Shown here: piece after piece, positions 14,109 to 26,200 of the stretch | How the letters are laid out: each line of letters begins with the position of its first letter | Position numbering within the stretch: the first letter of the stretch is position 1 | DNA from: Botryllus schlosseri | Taxonomy: Eukaryota | NCBI GenBank assembly: GCA_051294905.1 | Contig: CM119372.1 | Coordinates: 8,062,001 to 8,122,000 of the forward strand | Reading direction: 5' to 3' | Length of the DNA stretch: 60,000 bases | The notes under the pieces: generated by a model | The model's database searches: none | Told to the model about the DNA's origin: nothing | Seen by the model: only the letters and a program-made list of their open reading frames with translations | Translations under genes and position numbers: made by a program

Positions 14109-17100
14109 ATGTCTCCCGTCGTACTGGGCACTATTAGCCAACCTCGCACAATTGTTGTGACTCAAGGACTGTTCTCTGGCGATGAAAACAGAGGGTTTGT
14201 TGACAGAGGAGAACTTCCAAAATATGCAGTCGGCCTCTTTGAATCAAATGGATCGGGCCCAAGGAAAAGGAAACGTCTTACCCACCTTACCCCAGAAGAA
14301 AAAGTCATGAGAAGGTATACCAAATACCAGTACTGTACTGAACACTGCCAGTTAATATGATTTAGTGTTGGCTGCAATAACACTGTCGATACTTGAATTT
14401 CAGAAAATTGAAAAACAGAGTCGCTGCACAGACTGCCAGAGACCGCAAAAAAGCTAGAATGGAAACACTAGAAGATGCTGTAACAAAAATACATGAACAG
14501 GTATTTAAATTGACTGTTTACACAATGATATGTGATATAAATTGTAGGTAGTATTTACCTACTCACTACTCTACTGTTATGTTGAGTTCGATTAATGGTA
14601 TTGAATATGGGGTGTGTACTAAGCAGGATATTTTGTTAATGTCAACTTAACCAGCTACAGAGCAACTGTTTGTGATATACAGCTGCCATCGTGAAAATAC
14701 TATAATGTATTGTAGATGATATGGTTGTGGGAGGGACACTGTAAAACCCACAAAACCCGCAGAACCTGTAAAACCCGCAAAACCTGCAGGGTGTTTAGCA
14801 GGGTTTTGCGGGTGAATATCAGAGTTTTGCGGTTAACTAGAAGGGTTTTGCGCTTGAATAGAAGGGTTTTGCGGGTGAATAGCAGGGTTTTGCGGGTGTC
14901 TAGCAGGGTTTTGCGGTTAACTAGCAGGGTTTTGCGGGTGTTTAGCAGGGTTTTACAGGTGAATAATAGGGTTTTGCGGGTGACAAAGCGGGTTTTGCGG
15001 GTGTCTAACCGGGTGATAAAGCGGGTGATAAAGCGGGATTTGCGGGTGTTAAGCAGGGTTTTGCGGGTGACAAAGCGGATTTGCGGGTGTTTAGTATGGT
15101 TTTGCAGGTGAATAGCAGGGTTTTGCGGGTGACAAAGCGGATTTGCAAAACCTGTGAAACCCGCAAAAGCGAGGCGTATTTAGGTAATGTGTGTATCTCT
15201 TACAATACTGTCGCTGCATGGCCATAGATATCATAGATTAGTTATGGAATTCAACTATACGCAATGATAAGTACGCGAAACCCACAAAAGCAAGGCATAT
15301 TCAGGTAATGTGTATATATGTATCTTTTACATAGAAAACATAGATTAGGCATATGATCCAATTCAAGATTAAGCAACACTCTCAGATATTTCAGATGTCT
15401 AATGGAACATTCATATAATTTCAATCCATATTATATCATCCCAATCCGATCTTTCTCCTCTTGTTATCGTTTTCATTCCTTTTTCTTCGTGACTTTCATT
15501 TGAATTCATTTGGTTTTTTTCCAGAGCCAACTGGTGGCGCCTTTACAATTAGTCCTCCATCTGTTGATATAATAAAATTAGATTTTAATTTGGCCTGATT
15601 GAACCTATTCCGATAGTTATCTTTAGCTGCTTGACTTTTTCCAATCCAATCATTCGGGGTTTGCTGAAACTGCACATATTCACCGTACAGCCGGTAGCTT
15701 CCTACTCCAATTAAACTCTTTTTAATATCGCCAAACATGGCAGTAACTGGGTCGTATAACTCCTCTATTAATTTTGGCACTGACTCAATTTTTCTCTCTG
15801 TTACCCTTTTCATAACTGTACATAACTATACATACTTCATAACTATACACACATTGAATTAACTGAGTATGCCTTGCTTTTGTGGGTATTGCCATGTCTG
15901 ATACCTGCAAAGTCCTTCTAGTTAACCGCAAAACCCTGCTTCTTACCCTCAAAACCCTGCTATTCACCCACAAAACCCTGCTATTCACCTGCAAAACCCT
16001 ACTAAACACCCGCGAATCCGCTTTGTCACCCGCAAAACCCTGTTATTCACCCGCAAAACCCTGCTATTCACCTGCAATACCCTACTAAACACCCGCGAAT
16101 CCGCTTTGTGACCCGCAAAACCCTGCTAAACACCCGCAAAACCTGCTTTGTCACCCGCAAAACCCTGCTTTGTCACCCGCAAAACCCTGCTATTCACCCG
16201 CAAAACCCTGCTAAACACCCGCAAATCCGCTTTGTCACCCGCAAAACCCTGCTATTCACCCGCAAAACCCTGCTATTCACCCGCAAAACCCTTCTATTAA
16301 ACCCTTCTAGTTAACCGCAAAACTCTGATATTCACCCGCAAAACCCTGCTAAACACCCTGCAGGTTTTGCGGGTTTTACAGTGTCCCGTTGTGGGATTGT
16401 TTACTCGCACAAAATGTATAAATCCTGGATCAATTATTGTAGAAGTTTTGTCCATTGATCCAAGTTATCTCTTTTAGATGAATAAGTTGCTAGACGTCAA
16501 TTCGACGTTGCTCCAAAGAACGCATGATTTAGAGGAAGAAAACATGATTCTGCGCAGAAGATTAGGACTAGACTCGTCGCCTTCCATTCTCGAAGAGATA
16601 AGCAGGGAAGCGGCTATCATAAAGCAAGAAATTACCGATCAACTTCCAAACACTGATTCTCCAGTCGGGATCAAATCCGAAACATCAGGTACGGTACATT
16701 GGTTACTGGTTCATGTCGAAATGAAATGAATACAATCAACGTTCGATTATCTTCTGCTTTACATCCTGTGTGCATACAGCAGTTGGGTGTCTGATTCAAA
16801 GACTACTCTAAAGTCGTTTTTACAACTTCCTATCTCTTATTGTATCGTAATGTTGGTGTTTGTAGAAGGATGAATTATTAACCATTTACTCAAAAACTAA
16901 TCATTTAGGATACAGAACAGCATTACTCGAAACAATAACATAAATTCTTATTCAGATGATGAAGGATGTGTTCTGAAATCGTATGAGGAGCCCGCCGTCA
17001 TGAATGATCAGATCGGAATGAATGTTTCCACGCAAGAAGTTACCGTTTGTCGATCCCCCGTACCAGCAGCGTTCGGGGAACGCGTCAAGGAAAGACTTAT

Positions 17101-17832
17101 TCCTCAGCAGCAGGAAGCTGTCAAACCAGTGAAGCTGATCCACTCGGTAACGGAAAGCGAGGAAACATCATCCGTATCTGTGATTCGAATGGCGTTTCGG
17201 ACCTCCCCAAAGAAGAAGACACAGACATCACCGCCCTACTTAGGGCGCTGCAAGCCATCGATCCTCAACAATGCATCATTACGAAAGTCGATCAAAAAGG
17301 TATGTTTTCCCTTTAACAAGAATGGGCTTTGTGTGTGTGTAATCCCGAAGTCTGTTGTGGTAATTGACTTCCGCCATCTTGTGTTTGACCATGTTAATTC
17401 TGAAGTTTGGAGTTGAGGTTTTTCATGTAGGCTCGATATTAGCATTGGAATGTCTGATATTTATAAATTGTGTATGTGAAATTTTAATTAGTAGCTTGCT
17501 CGCGTATAACGAAGGATTTTTAGCAACCATAATACCTAAATTGAGTATGTCCTGTCTGTCATGTTTGTAAAACTGCTTCTTGAAGTGTAAACTGGACAGT
17601 TATTATCATTATGTAGCTGCTAAGTTTTGTGCCCCGAATGGATGATATTTGAAACAAACGACAATCGTTGCATCAAAGTAGGCTAAGCGGGTTTGATTGG
17701 CAATTCGCTCATTCTGAGAAAGTTTTCCAAACGCTCTCAAATTTCCAAGTCATGGTAACATTCAAGTCGTGCTCAACTTCATTTTGTGATATCTTCTCGC
17801 AGGAAATGCCGCTGGATCTTCGGATTCGTTAA
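14109..17832 (+). CDS. XBP1: XBP1 unspliced isoform XBP1u (about 295 aa)
   Basis: Same exons without the IRE1 excision: ..PVPAAFGERVKERLIPQQQEAV..LRKSIKK|EMPLDLRIR*, stop TAA at 17830-17832 in the last exon. Confidence 0.85.
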
Positions 17833-18380
17833 CCCAGGAGTGTGCAACGTTCAACGTCTTCAGTGACCACGGATATACCAAGCCCGCCACGGAGCAGTTG
17901 TTTTACACCAGCTGCAACAGCGGCGCCACATCTTCACAGGAACTTCTCAGGCCAACCGATTCAAAGAAGCTAACTGCCCTTTTTGGGGAGACCAAAGAAT
18001 GCACACAAGCCGACCTGTTCCCAGCCGACCTCATGGACGCGCTGCCCTACTGCGACGACAGCAAATTATCGGACAATTCTGAGGCTACCTCTGCAGATTT
18101 TGAAGCTGTTTTGGACAGTATTATTAATGGGGAAGGTTTTGGCGATCATACTGAAACGAAAACAGTCGCCATGAGCCCCGGCGCTAATTCAAATTTCTCA
18201 AACTCTGACATATATTCTGAGGACAGCGGTGTGTCTTTGTGCGGTTCCCCTTTATCTCTCGACACACCGTCGCCTCTGTACGAGAACACTGCAGATCCGT
18301 TTTTCAGCCCGGTAACAGATTGTAAAGACTTTCTGGAGGGGGATGAACTCGATTTGTTTCCACAACTTTCCGCCATGTAA
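14109..18380 (+). CDS. XBP1: X-box binding protein 1, IRE1-spliced isoform XBP1s (about 464 aa)
   Basis: Exons 14109-14314, 14404-14500, 16478-16688, 16956-17299 (minus 17067-17107) and 17803-18380. bZIP basic region [37 protein letters not shown]. After the 41-nt excision the frame reads PAAG..., contains FSDHGYTKP (cf. vertebrate DHIYTKP) and ends ELDLFPQLSAM* (cf. ELFPQL). Confidence 0.95.
14733..16387. mobile_element. Foldback/MULE-like non-autonomous transposon in XBP1 intron 2
   Basis: Termini GGGACACTGTAAAACCC/GGGTTTTACAGTGTCCC; exact 9-bp TSD GTTGTGGGA (14724-14732 and 16388-16396). Inverted arms (about 14733-15170 and 15900-16387) are built of tandem 21-24 bp units such as CAGGGTTTTGCGGGTGAATAG. 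Internal minus-strand ORF remnant at 15496-15813. Confidence 0.9.
17067..17107 (+). other. Unconventional (IRE1-excised) intron of XBP1, 41 nt
   Basis: Two 7-nt loops CAG^CAGC (17064-17070 and 17105-17111) matching CNG^CNG, closed by stems CCCCGtAC/GTtCGGGG and TTCCT/AGGAA. Excising 41 nt (2 mod 3) shifts into the frame carrying the conserved XBP1s C-terminus. Confidence 0.92.
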
Positions 18381-18488
18381 ATTTTTATTTCAGATCTCTA
18401 TGTTAAAAGGTGCAATATTGTAGCGTCCCTGGGCTGGTTCGGCGGTGTTGATGTCGTCGCGACATTGTGTGCATATTTTTGGCTTCTT

Positions 18489-18494
18489 AATAAA
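18489..18494 (+). terminator. Candidate polyadenylation signal for XBP1
   Basis: AATAAA about 110 nt after the XBP1s stop; not verified. Confidence 0.35.
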
Positions 18495-19143
18495 GAGTTT
18501 AATGTTCCACATACGTCTACCAATCTACTGTTGTGTGGGGCCGGGTGATCTCGTAGCACATATGCACGAAAGATCTGCTGTATTCTCGACGCGGCTGAGA
18601 AAGCGAAACGATAGCGGAAGATGTAGTTGGCAGGGTACTGCTGGGCAAAATCGAGTATCAATTTCATGAATTAATCGTTTTTCAGGTTTACAAGGAATAT
18701 GATGCGGGTTGAGCGCCATGTAAAATTTAGTGCAGAGGTCTCGAACATGCGGCCCGCGTCGGCATTTTCGAATTTTGAGTATTTGACAATATATTCAAGT
18801 ACCATATGTCATTTTTAGATGTAAGAAGTTGAAGTTCACCCTAAAACTACTATAAAAATCACTGAAATCTCAACAAACTTCACTTTCAAAAGCTAGCATA
18901 CGGCAGAAGATCAGCTATTACGTCACATTTCTAGTTCGTGAAGATTGAACATGACCCGTTGATGATTCGTGAATGAAAATTGTGAATTTGTTCGGTGCGA
19001 CCTTCCGTCAAATTACTCGATTTCGGTTTGACTGGGTAATCGAATGAAAACTAATCAATGTTGAAATCAGAGGACTTGTGATTCGGAACGGTGACTTGTA
19101 ATCCTACGGACGCAACAATCTATAAAACTGTGTTGGGGAATAG

Positions 19144-20715
19144 CAGAGGTGGTCAGTAACGAAGTACTTCTACTTTGTCGAAGTACTCAAGTAGTTTTCC
19201 TCTACTTCTGGTACTTACTCAAGTAGATCTGATTTTCGCTACTTCTACTTCGTAATACTTTGTGATCTACTTACTTACTTTTCGCTATTTTCAGTTTGTC
19301 AAGTAGAAGTAGTTCAATCTTCCAATCAGGAAGATAGCCTGAGGAATTTAGGGGCTGTTTTCACGGAGTATCAACATTATATTTCATAAAAGTTTAGTAA
19401 AGCCCAGAATTTTCGTCGCGCTTCGCGCGCAGTGCTGGATAAGGAGTGACCACTGACCAGTATGATTTCACGGAAGTATCGGTGATTATAATTTAGGTAG
19501 AGGGTTGGCGTGGTCCGTTTACACCACATTATCGTCCTTCGTCCATATCAAATAATTCATGACATTTTATATGGCTCATCATAACGTCGAAAGAAAGCAC
19601 TCACAATGAATGGAAAAGAACTAGTAGAAAGGGCCGCGGCTTCAAAGAGATCAACATCGAAAAAGAACTGTGACATCGGGCACTCTAGGCCGAGGTGGAT
19701 GTTAGAGTAAAGGATCGCTACTGATGCGTGTCGTTCTACATCCTCCTATCTGTTCATGACATCGCATTGTGTCTTATCGCATTGTACATTGTGTGTGACT
19801 TGTTCAGATAAAAATATAACCCAACCATGTTATGTTATGTTATGTTATGAAACTGATGTTTCGCAATCTAGCATTTACTTGTCATATCGTAATCTAGCAT
19901 GTCCATTGTCCATGACGTGTCCAAATCTGGAAACATGGACTCTGACTTTTTTTTTAGTTTTAGAGCTGTTTTAGCATACCACCTTTGAAACTTTCAGGAC
20001 TAAAAACATGAAATACATGTTCTGCTTTTAGAAGTAGTACATATATTCCACTTTCAATTCCCAGTATCATATAGGCCTACTTTGAGTTATAATTATTATC
20101 AGTTCTTTTGTCTGGATAACATACATGTTGAAGCATAAAAGCAAGTGTAGTAATGCCTTTAATTTCTGGAAATAAAGCTACACAATATGGCATTTTACGG
20201 CCCACCATATTTTTTATTAACGTTTACCAATCGCGCAAAGTGTTTACACCGTATCCTATACAACTTCTCCGTATTGCTCTTCGACTAAACTACGGGCCTT
20301 ATAATATGAGGAATGGCGCCATACCATGCTATTTTCTAAAACGTGCTGTTCGAGAAAACAGAGGATTAGCATCGCATTTCCATATCAATACTATCATTTT
20401 CGTCCCATGATGTGGACGAATACTTATGCTATCGAAAATTGGATACCTGCTGGTATGCATCAATATATGAATCAAGCTCGTCACCTATCGCATAGCTCAA
20501 TTTGCACCTTTTTACAATCCATGTGAACGAATTAGGATCGTTTTCATAACTACTTACTTACTTGAGTACTTTTAAAGTCAGTCAATTCTACTTCTACTTC
20601 AAGTAGTTTTAGGTTGCTTATGGAGGAAGTACTTCTACTCGTACTTGAGTAGATATTTTCGTCGCTACTTCTACTTCTACTTGAGTAGATTTCTTGACTA
20701 CTTTGATCACCTCTG
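19144..20715. mobile_element. hAT-like non-autonomous element with AGTA/TACT subterminal repeats and nested insertions
   Basis: TIR CAGAGGTGGTCA/TGATCACCTCTG; flanking direct repeat (G)GGGAATAG at 19135-19143 and 20716-20724 (8 or 9 bp, ambiguous). Confidence 0.8.
19591..19849 (+). mobile_element. 5'-truncated copy of the tRNA-derived SINE at 51993-52410
   Basis: Near-identical to 52142-52410; ends in a (TGTTA)n tail. Confidence 0.8.
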
Positions 20716-20920
20716 GGGGAATAGTAGTATATCAAAAGGTCGTAGCTTTCGTTGCCTTGATTATATCTATCTAATCAGGTCGGTATGGTAACCATTGGCG
20801 TTCTGTGACCGCAGTGACGTATAGTTGGTTACATGCTGGGTGTTGTTTGTTCTCTTTATCCATCGGTGGCGCGTAAGCTAGTAGTACGCTCCACAGCTGT
20901 ACCACCAATACAGGCAAAAT

Positions 20921-21883
20921 CAGTGTAGGGATGACTCGAGTCACCTTTTTCGTATGACTTGACTTGACTCGAGTCACTTTGCAAAAATGACTTGACTTGG
21001 TTTGACTCGGCGCCTCAGAAATGCGGATTGACTCGTGACTCGGAGCAAAATTCACGAGTCAAATTCAAGTCATTAAGTAAACGGTGTCGATTAAATCACC
21101 CTATACCGGTATTATGTATGTTTGGGTTGTTAGCGATACGCCGGTGTCACTTGTGAGAGCAACCAGTCTTCAATTATTGTAAGTTTCACTGATCATCAAT
21201 TGTTACATCACAAATAAATTGACCGCTAACGAAACCATCACACCTACGTTGTCGTAGTAGCAGTAGATTTATCTAATAGCATCGTATCTTTGTTTCTTAG
21301 GCAGCTCAGTGCCTTACATTGCTCAGTGATCACCTTCACCAACACTCTTGTATGATTTTATCGAACGAATATAGTTTATGCCATTATATTCTCACAGATG
21401 TATAGGGGGTAGTGCCTATTGCACCACATAAATTTGTTCAACTTTTCGATAGGCTTCGTATTCGATCCTTTAAATTGGCTGATAAAATCAGACTGTAGCA
21501 TGCAGCTATACAGCTACTTGCATATTTTATTAGCAATTCTACATGTGCGTGAGCGATACAACACCTTTTTGCATGCATAATTAACTTTATAATCGTCATT
21601 GATTCAAGATAAATGGCCAATTAATCTATCCTTCACACAGTTAGCAAAATGTAATGACTTTTGGATCATCACACATAATTCGAAAATTCAATTTGACTTG
21701 AATCGTGACTTGACTCGTGACTTGACTTGACTCGACTTGACTCGTGTAACCTCCAAAAAACGAGTGACTTGACTTGACTCGAGTCACCTTTGAAAATGGA
21801 TTGACTTGACTTGACTCGAGTCAAAATGTGCAATGACTCGAGATGACTCGTGACTCGAAGGTAGTGACTTGATCCCAACACTG
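20921..21883. mobile_element. hAT MITE with GACTCGAGTC/GACTT subterminal arrays
   Basis: TIR CAGTGT(A/T)GGGAT; exact 8-bp TSD GGCAAAAT (20913-20920 and 21884-21891); a terminal fragment of the same family lies at about 51176-51241. Confidence 0.9.
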
Positions 21884-23205
21884 GGCAAAATGTAAAGCTG
21901 ATTTGATTTAACTTTGGCCATGACAGTAACAATAGCCTATACTTCTCGCGACTATATCAAAACCCGGATTACTCTACACCGCTCAAATGCTCTAATATCA
22001 GATGAATCTTCAGTAGATTTGATAATATTCTACATAAAATTGTGGCACGTCAAAGGTCCACTGGCTGCAATATTATAACCCGACAGTTTTACGATGCCAT
22101 GAATCATGATGCATCCTCTCGCATGATGTCTATAACTCATTATTTTAACAAATTATGCCCGGCGCAAAAAACAATTTTATTCAAATATTTGAAAATATGA
22201 TGTTTTCCGTGTCAAGCGTGAATAGTACAATAGTGAATTACATTTTCACGATGTTTGTAGAATGCCTGTCTCTGTCTGCAAGGTCCTGTCAAATAAAGGC
22301 CTACTTGGAAAATACACATTGGATATCCCTATTATTGATGCTGCGGCCAGCAGCTGACCGGCGTCATCAAAAACTGGGAAATTGGCCGTGAGCACTGAGC
22401 AGCTGAGCATGTCCGGGACATGACTTATTATTGGCCATTGCGCTGGTCGATCGCTATTGAACGGAAATCGTCTCCATGAGTGTTCGCAGCCTTGTGCGAC
22501 ATGCCTCTCGATGCCGAGGTGCGGCTAACAGGTTTTCGAGGCTCTAACATTGGAAAAATAGTATTTAGACGACCGGATGCGCTGCGAGATCGGGCGGTTA
22601 AATATGATTCTGCGTAAATAGTTTTGGTTCCGCGAATAGGTTATACAGGGAAGGAGGAAGTACAATGGATATGCTGGTCTAATCGGCATCTGCCTACGGC
22701 GGGCAAGGCAAATCGCATTATTACACCCGAAGGGGCGATGCCGCGGGTATTAGTTGCTACTACCGTTACACACGGTCAACGTGCAGTGCACACTGCAGAA
22801 ATACCCTTCGCACTCATTGCACGTAAGGTTGGCGAGTTACAATTCGGGATCTGTGATAGGGCAATGTTCCACGCTCAATATCCAGGGATATCCCTGTCAA
22901 TATCACGGAAGCACGGGTTGGTTGCAGTTACTCTGCATGAGTCAAACTGATCGTTTCCTCAAACTCTGGACGTTATAGGTAACACTGAAGTCACTCCCAA
23001 TCCAAACGATATATGTCGGACTGAAACAGGCAAATATAGATCCACAACCGACCTTGTGTGTACCGTATTAGCCAGCTGGCTAATGTCATATATTGTAACA
23101 CAGGCCGATCAGGCCGAATATGCTGCGTTTACTGAGTCGCTGTTCTTGCGACGTCATTAGAAAATAATCCAACGAAAATAAAAAAGAAAATAAAAGAAGT
23201 GTGAG

Positions 23206-26200
23206 TTAGTTTTGAAATCCTCTGTCGCAGCTTTCGAGTCCTGAACCACCGACTTCTTTCACCAAACTTTTCAAGATTGAGAGATGTTCCATTGCTCTGA
23301 AATACAGGGCATCAATTGATAGCTCCAACATATAGGCTATATGCACGGGACATTTTAGCATACAGCAGGAATAAATTTTTCATAGATGCTGAAATTACGG
23401 AAAAGTATACAATTTAGAAATCACCTTTCGAGAGATTCGTATCCTTGGTCTATCGTTCCTTCATTTTGATTTTCCGGGTCTTTTCCTGCGAACGGATAAT
23501 GATACATAATAAGCCACAACTGTGCCTGCAAGTGTGCATGTGCATGTGCATGTACAATTATGCATTATGTGCAACGTGCGGCCTGCAACCTGCGACTATA
23601 TTTTGAACCGTGTGCGGCCCACGAAATGGATTTCAAATTTATCTTGATCTGGTAGCTTATACGCTTTAGCTAAGCTCAAGTGGGCTAAGAGAAGGGCCAC
23701 ATAACAGCAAATCACAAACATCGCCATATGCTTGAATTCGCACATGATAATTTCCTCAAAATATTGTGGATAAGTCTCTCCATCAGTCCAACACCGTTAA
23801 TACTTACCAAAGGACATGATTGGCCTTTCCAACTGTACTAGAGAGTATATATATATCTCCAATTTCCGCCCCGCGATCTCGGGGTGTTATTTATATCTGC
23901 CCAGCTTTCAAGAGTTGCACACAATGTACAGTGTGCACTGTGCAGGGTTGTAATGACTTGAGTTATGACTCGACTCGAGTCCGACACGAGTCGCGAATTT
24001 TGGTAACGTGACTTGACTCGAGTCATTTTCTTGAAATACGGAAAATGACTCGACTCGACTTGAATAAAACTGTGTATTGACACGACCTGTAGGCCTACAC
24101 GAGTCATTGCCCATGACTCGGACCAAGTCATATATGACTCGAGACTGGGACTGCCAAAACAGGCATTTCGTTGTATTTTTGAAGAATATAGTAATAGGTT
24201 TCCACATCATTTGTATGTCGTCTATCAGTACTAGTAATTGAAGATCCTACCAGAAACTGTTGAAATAAGTGAGGAAAATCAGTATATTATGAACTTGCGA
24301 AGCATTCGATATCACCAAGCAGACGTGTAAAAAGTCTGTTTCACATGACTTTACCTCGAAACCGAACAGGGAACACAATGACTTGGACTCGGACTCGAGT
24401 CACAACTAGGGTTGCACACTTTGTTTTAAACATGCTTTAAACAGTGCTTTAAACAAAGGCCTTTAAAAAAAAAAATTTTAAGTTGTAAAACTATGCCATA
24501 CTTGTTTAAATAATTTTCAAAAAACATGTTGTATGAGCCCACTGACAATTACCACCCGATTTAGCTGACGTATATCGATATGGGATGGTTGGAACCCTCA
24601 AAATAGTCGGTTCAACAGTTATAGTACAGATATTTCGTCAAAGGAGCTATATTTACCCTATATTTTCGATTGTCAATGTCAATCCATTATGACGCCACAA
24701 CTGAATATTCTTGACGTCGCGGCTTTAAAAAAAACATGTTTTAAATTATGGGCTTGTTTTAAACATGTTTGTTTTAAATTGATTTTTGTTTTAGATGCAA
24801 CCCTAGTCACAACACTATGTGACTCAGACTCGACCCGTTGCTCCCTCTGACTTGGACTCAGGCTTGACTCGGTGGTGAATTGAAAATGATTCGAATTGAC
24901 TCGAGTCAAAACTGCAGAAATGAGATTGACTTGTGATTCGCAACCTTGTGACTTGGTTACAACCAATGTCCCCTCTAATCTGCGTGCGTACAAAAAAGCC
25001 GAAGTGATGACCTCTTTTTGTAAATCGTTGCGCACTGTTGTCAGACGGACCGCGCAATGAGTTGGTGAGTGCGCGTAGACTCGTGAAAAATTAGAGGGAA
25101 CATTGGTTACAACCCTGACAGCGTGCAATGTTCATTGTTCACCCTTGCGCTACAATGGAAGTAAATTTTAATTGCGTTGACCTTCACGGTCGTATCGATC
25201 ATTCCTATCTGATACCGAATACTGCGCATGCATATTTTCTGTAACACCATCATTGCCGTCTGTTTTTTTAAGTATTTTGGTTGGATGAAAATAAAGACTC
25301 TCTCTCTCTCTCTCTCTCTCTCCCTCTCTGCGGTGTAGCAAGCAGATTTAAGACCTCAAGTTTGTGGCGTCATTTGTTCGACTCAAAAATCCGAGTATGC
25401 GCTAACAAATCATTTCAATTTGGGAAATATTTCAATAAGAGATGTAATGAGGTTCCGAACGTAGCGTGATTCAATGATCTCCATTTACCTAATTCACTTC
25501 TTGCTTCACTCGATATTTCTTGAAGCGTGAATAACATTTTCTTCAACGATTCCACGGTTCTTTCCGCCGACTTTTCCGCACTGGATATACTTTGTCTGGT
25601 CGTGGACGGTTTCTACATCAAGAAAGTAGAAAACACAACGCACTATTATAGTTGCCTTATAGAAATTATATCACAGCCCATATAAATACCTTGACGAAAC
25701 ATTCCCCCATAAATTCCCGTACACTAGTTGGTTTTCCTTCTAGCTGCAGGGCAACGGATACGTATTTTTCATTGGTTTTGTTGTCGCATCTGTAAAATTC
25801 CATTTTATAATACAACGTGGCTACGAATTACTCTTAGAATCGGGCACGATATGGTACTAATGTTTTAATGAAGTTATTTTTGCATGGTGGCAGACTGGTA
25901 AGATTTACTTGACCACTTTGTGTGCTGTGCGTGCAGCAAAATGCAAAGATTACGTAGATAAGCGTGTGATGCAATGTATTTTAAACGACACATCACGTCA
26001 CAAATGGAAGCAAATTCGAGCGTATCTATGCTCTATCTAGCATGGGAAGTCTATACTTGCTGCTCGTCGACGACCTCACTACGAAAACACTGTACATAAA
26101 AGCCGAAACTGTAATATTTAAACGAGCATCGACATCGATAGAAAGAGATGCCAAAAGCCGCATGGAAGCTACAGACACCGATGGTGAAAGAGCGCGAGAA

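Larger units (their letters stand above)
23943..25117. mobile_element. hAT MITE (GACTC/GAGTC arrays) hosting two nested MITEs
   Basis: Termini CAGGGTTGTAA/TTACAACCCTG; TSD degenerate (gcactgtg versus acagcgtg). Confidence 0.75.

Noticed and set aside
14716..16314. Repetitive ORFs (RVLR.. / RKTLL..) and a regular repeat array resembling a repeat protein or CRISPR
   Set aside because: They are translations of the foldback element's TIR subunits. There are no unique spacers or cas genes, and the array lies in a eukaryotic intron bounded by a 9-bp TSD.
17300..17416. Intron-4 read-through as the source of a hydrophobic XBP1u tail
   Set aside because: A strong AAG|GTATGT donor is present, the read-through peptide has no transmembrane-length hydrophobic run, and retention would also truncate XBP1s.
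22624..22978. GC-richer ORFs downstream of the LAS2-like gene
   Set aside because: No recognisable domain and no consistent exon chain on either strand.
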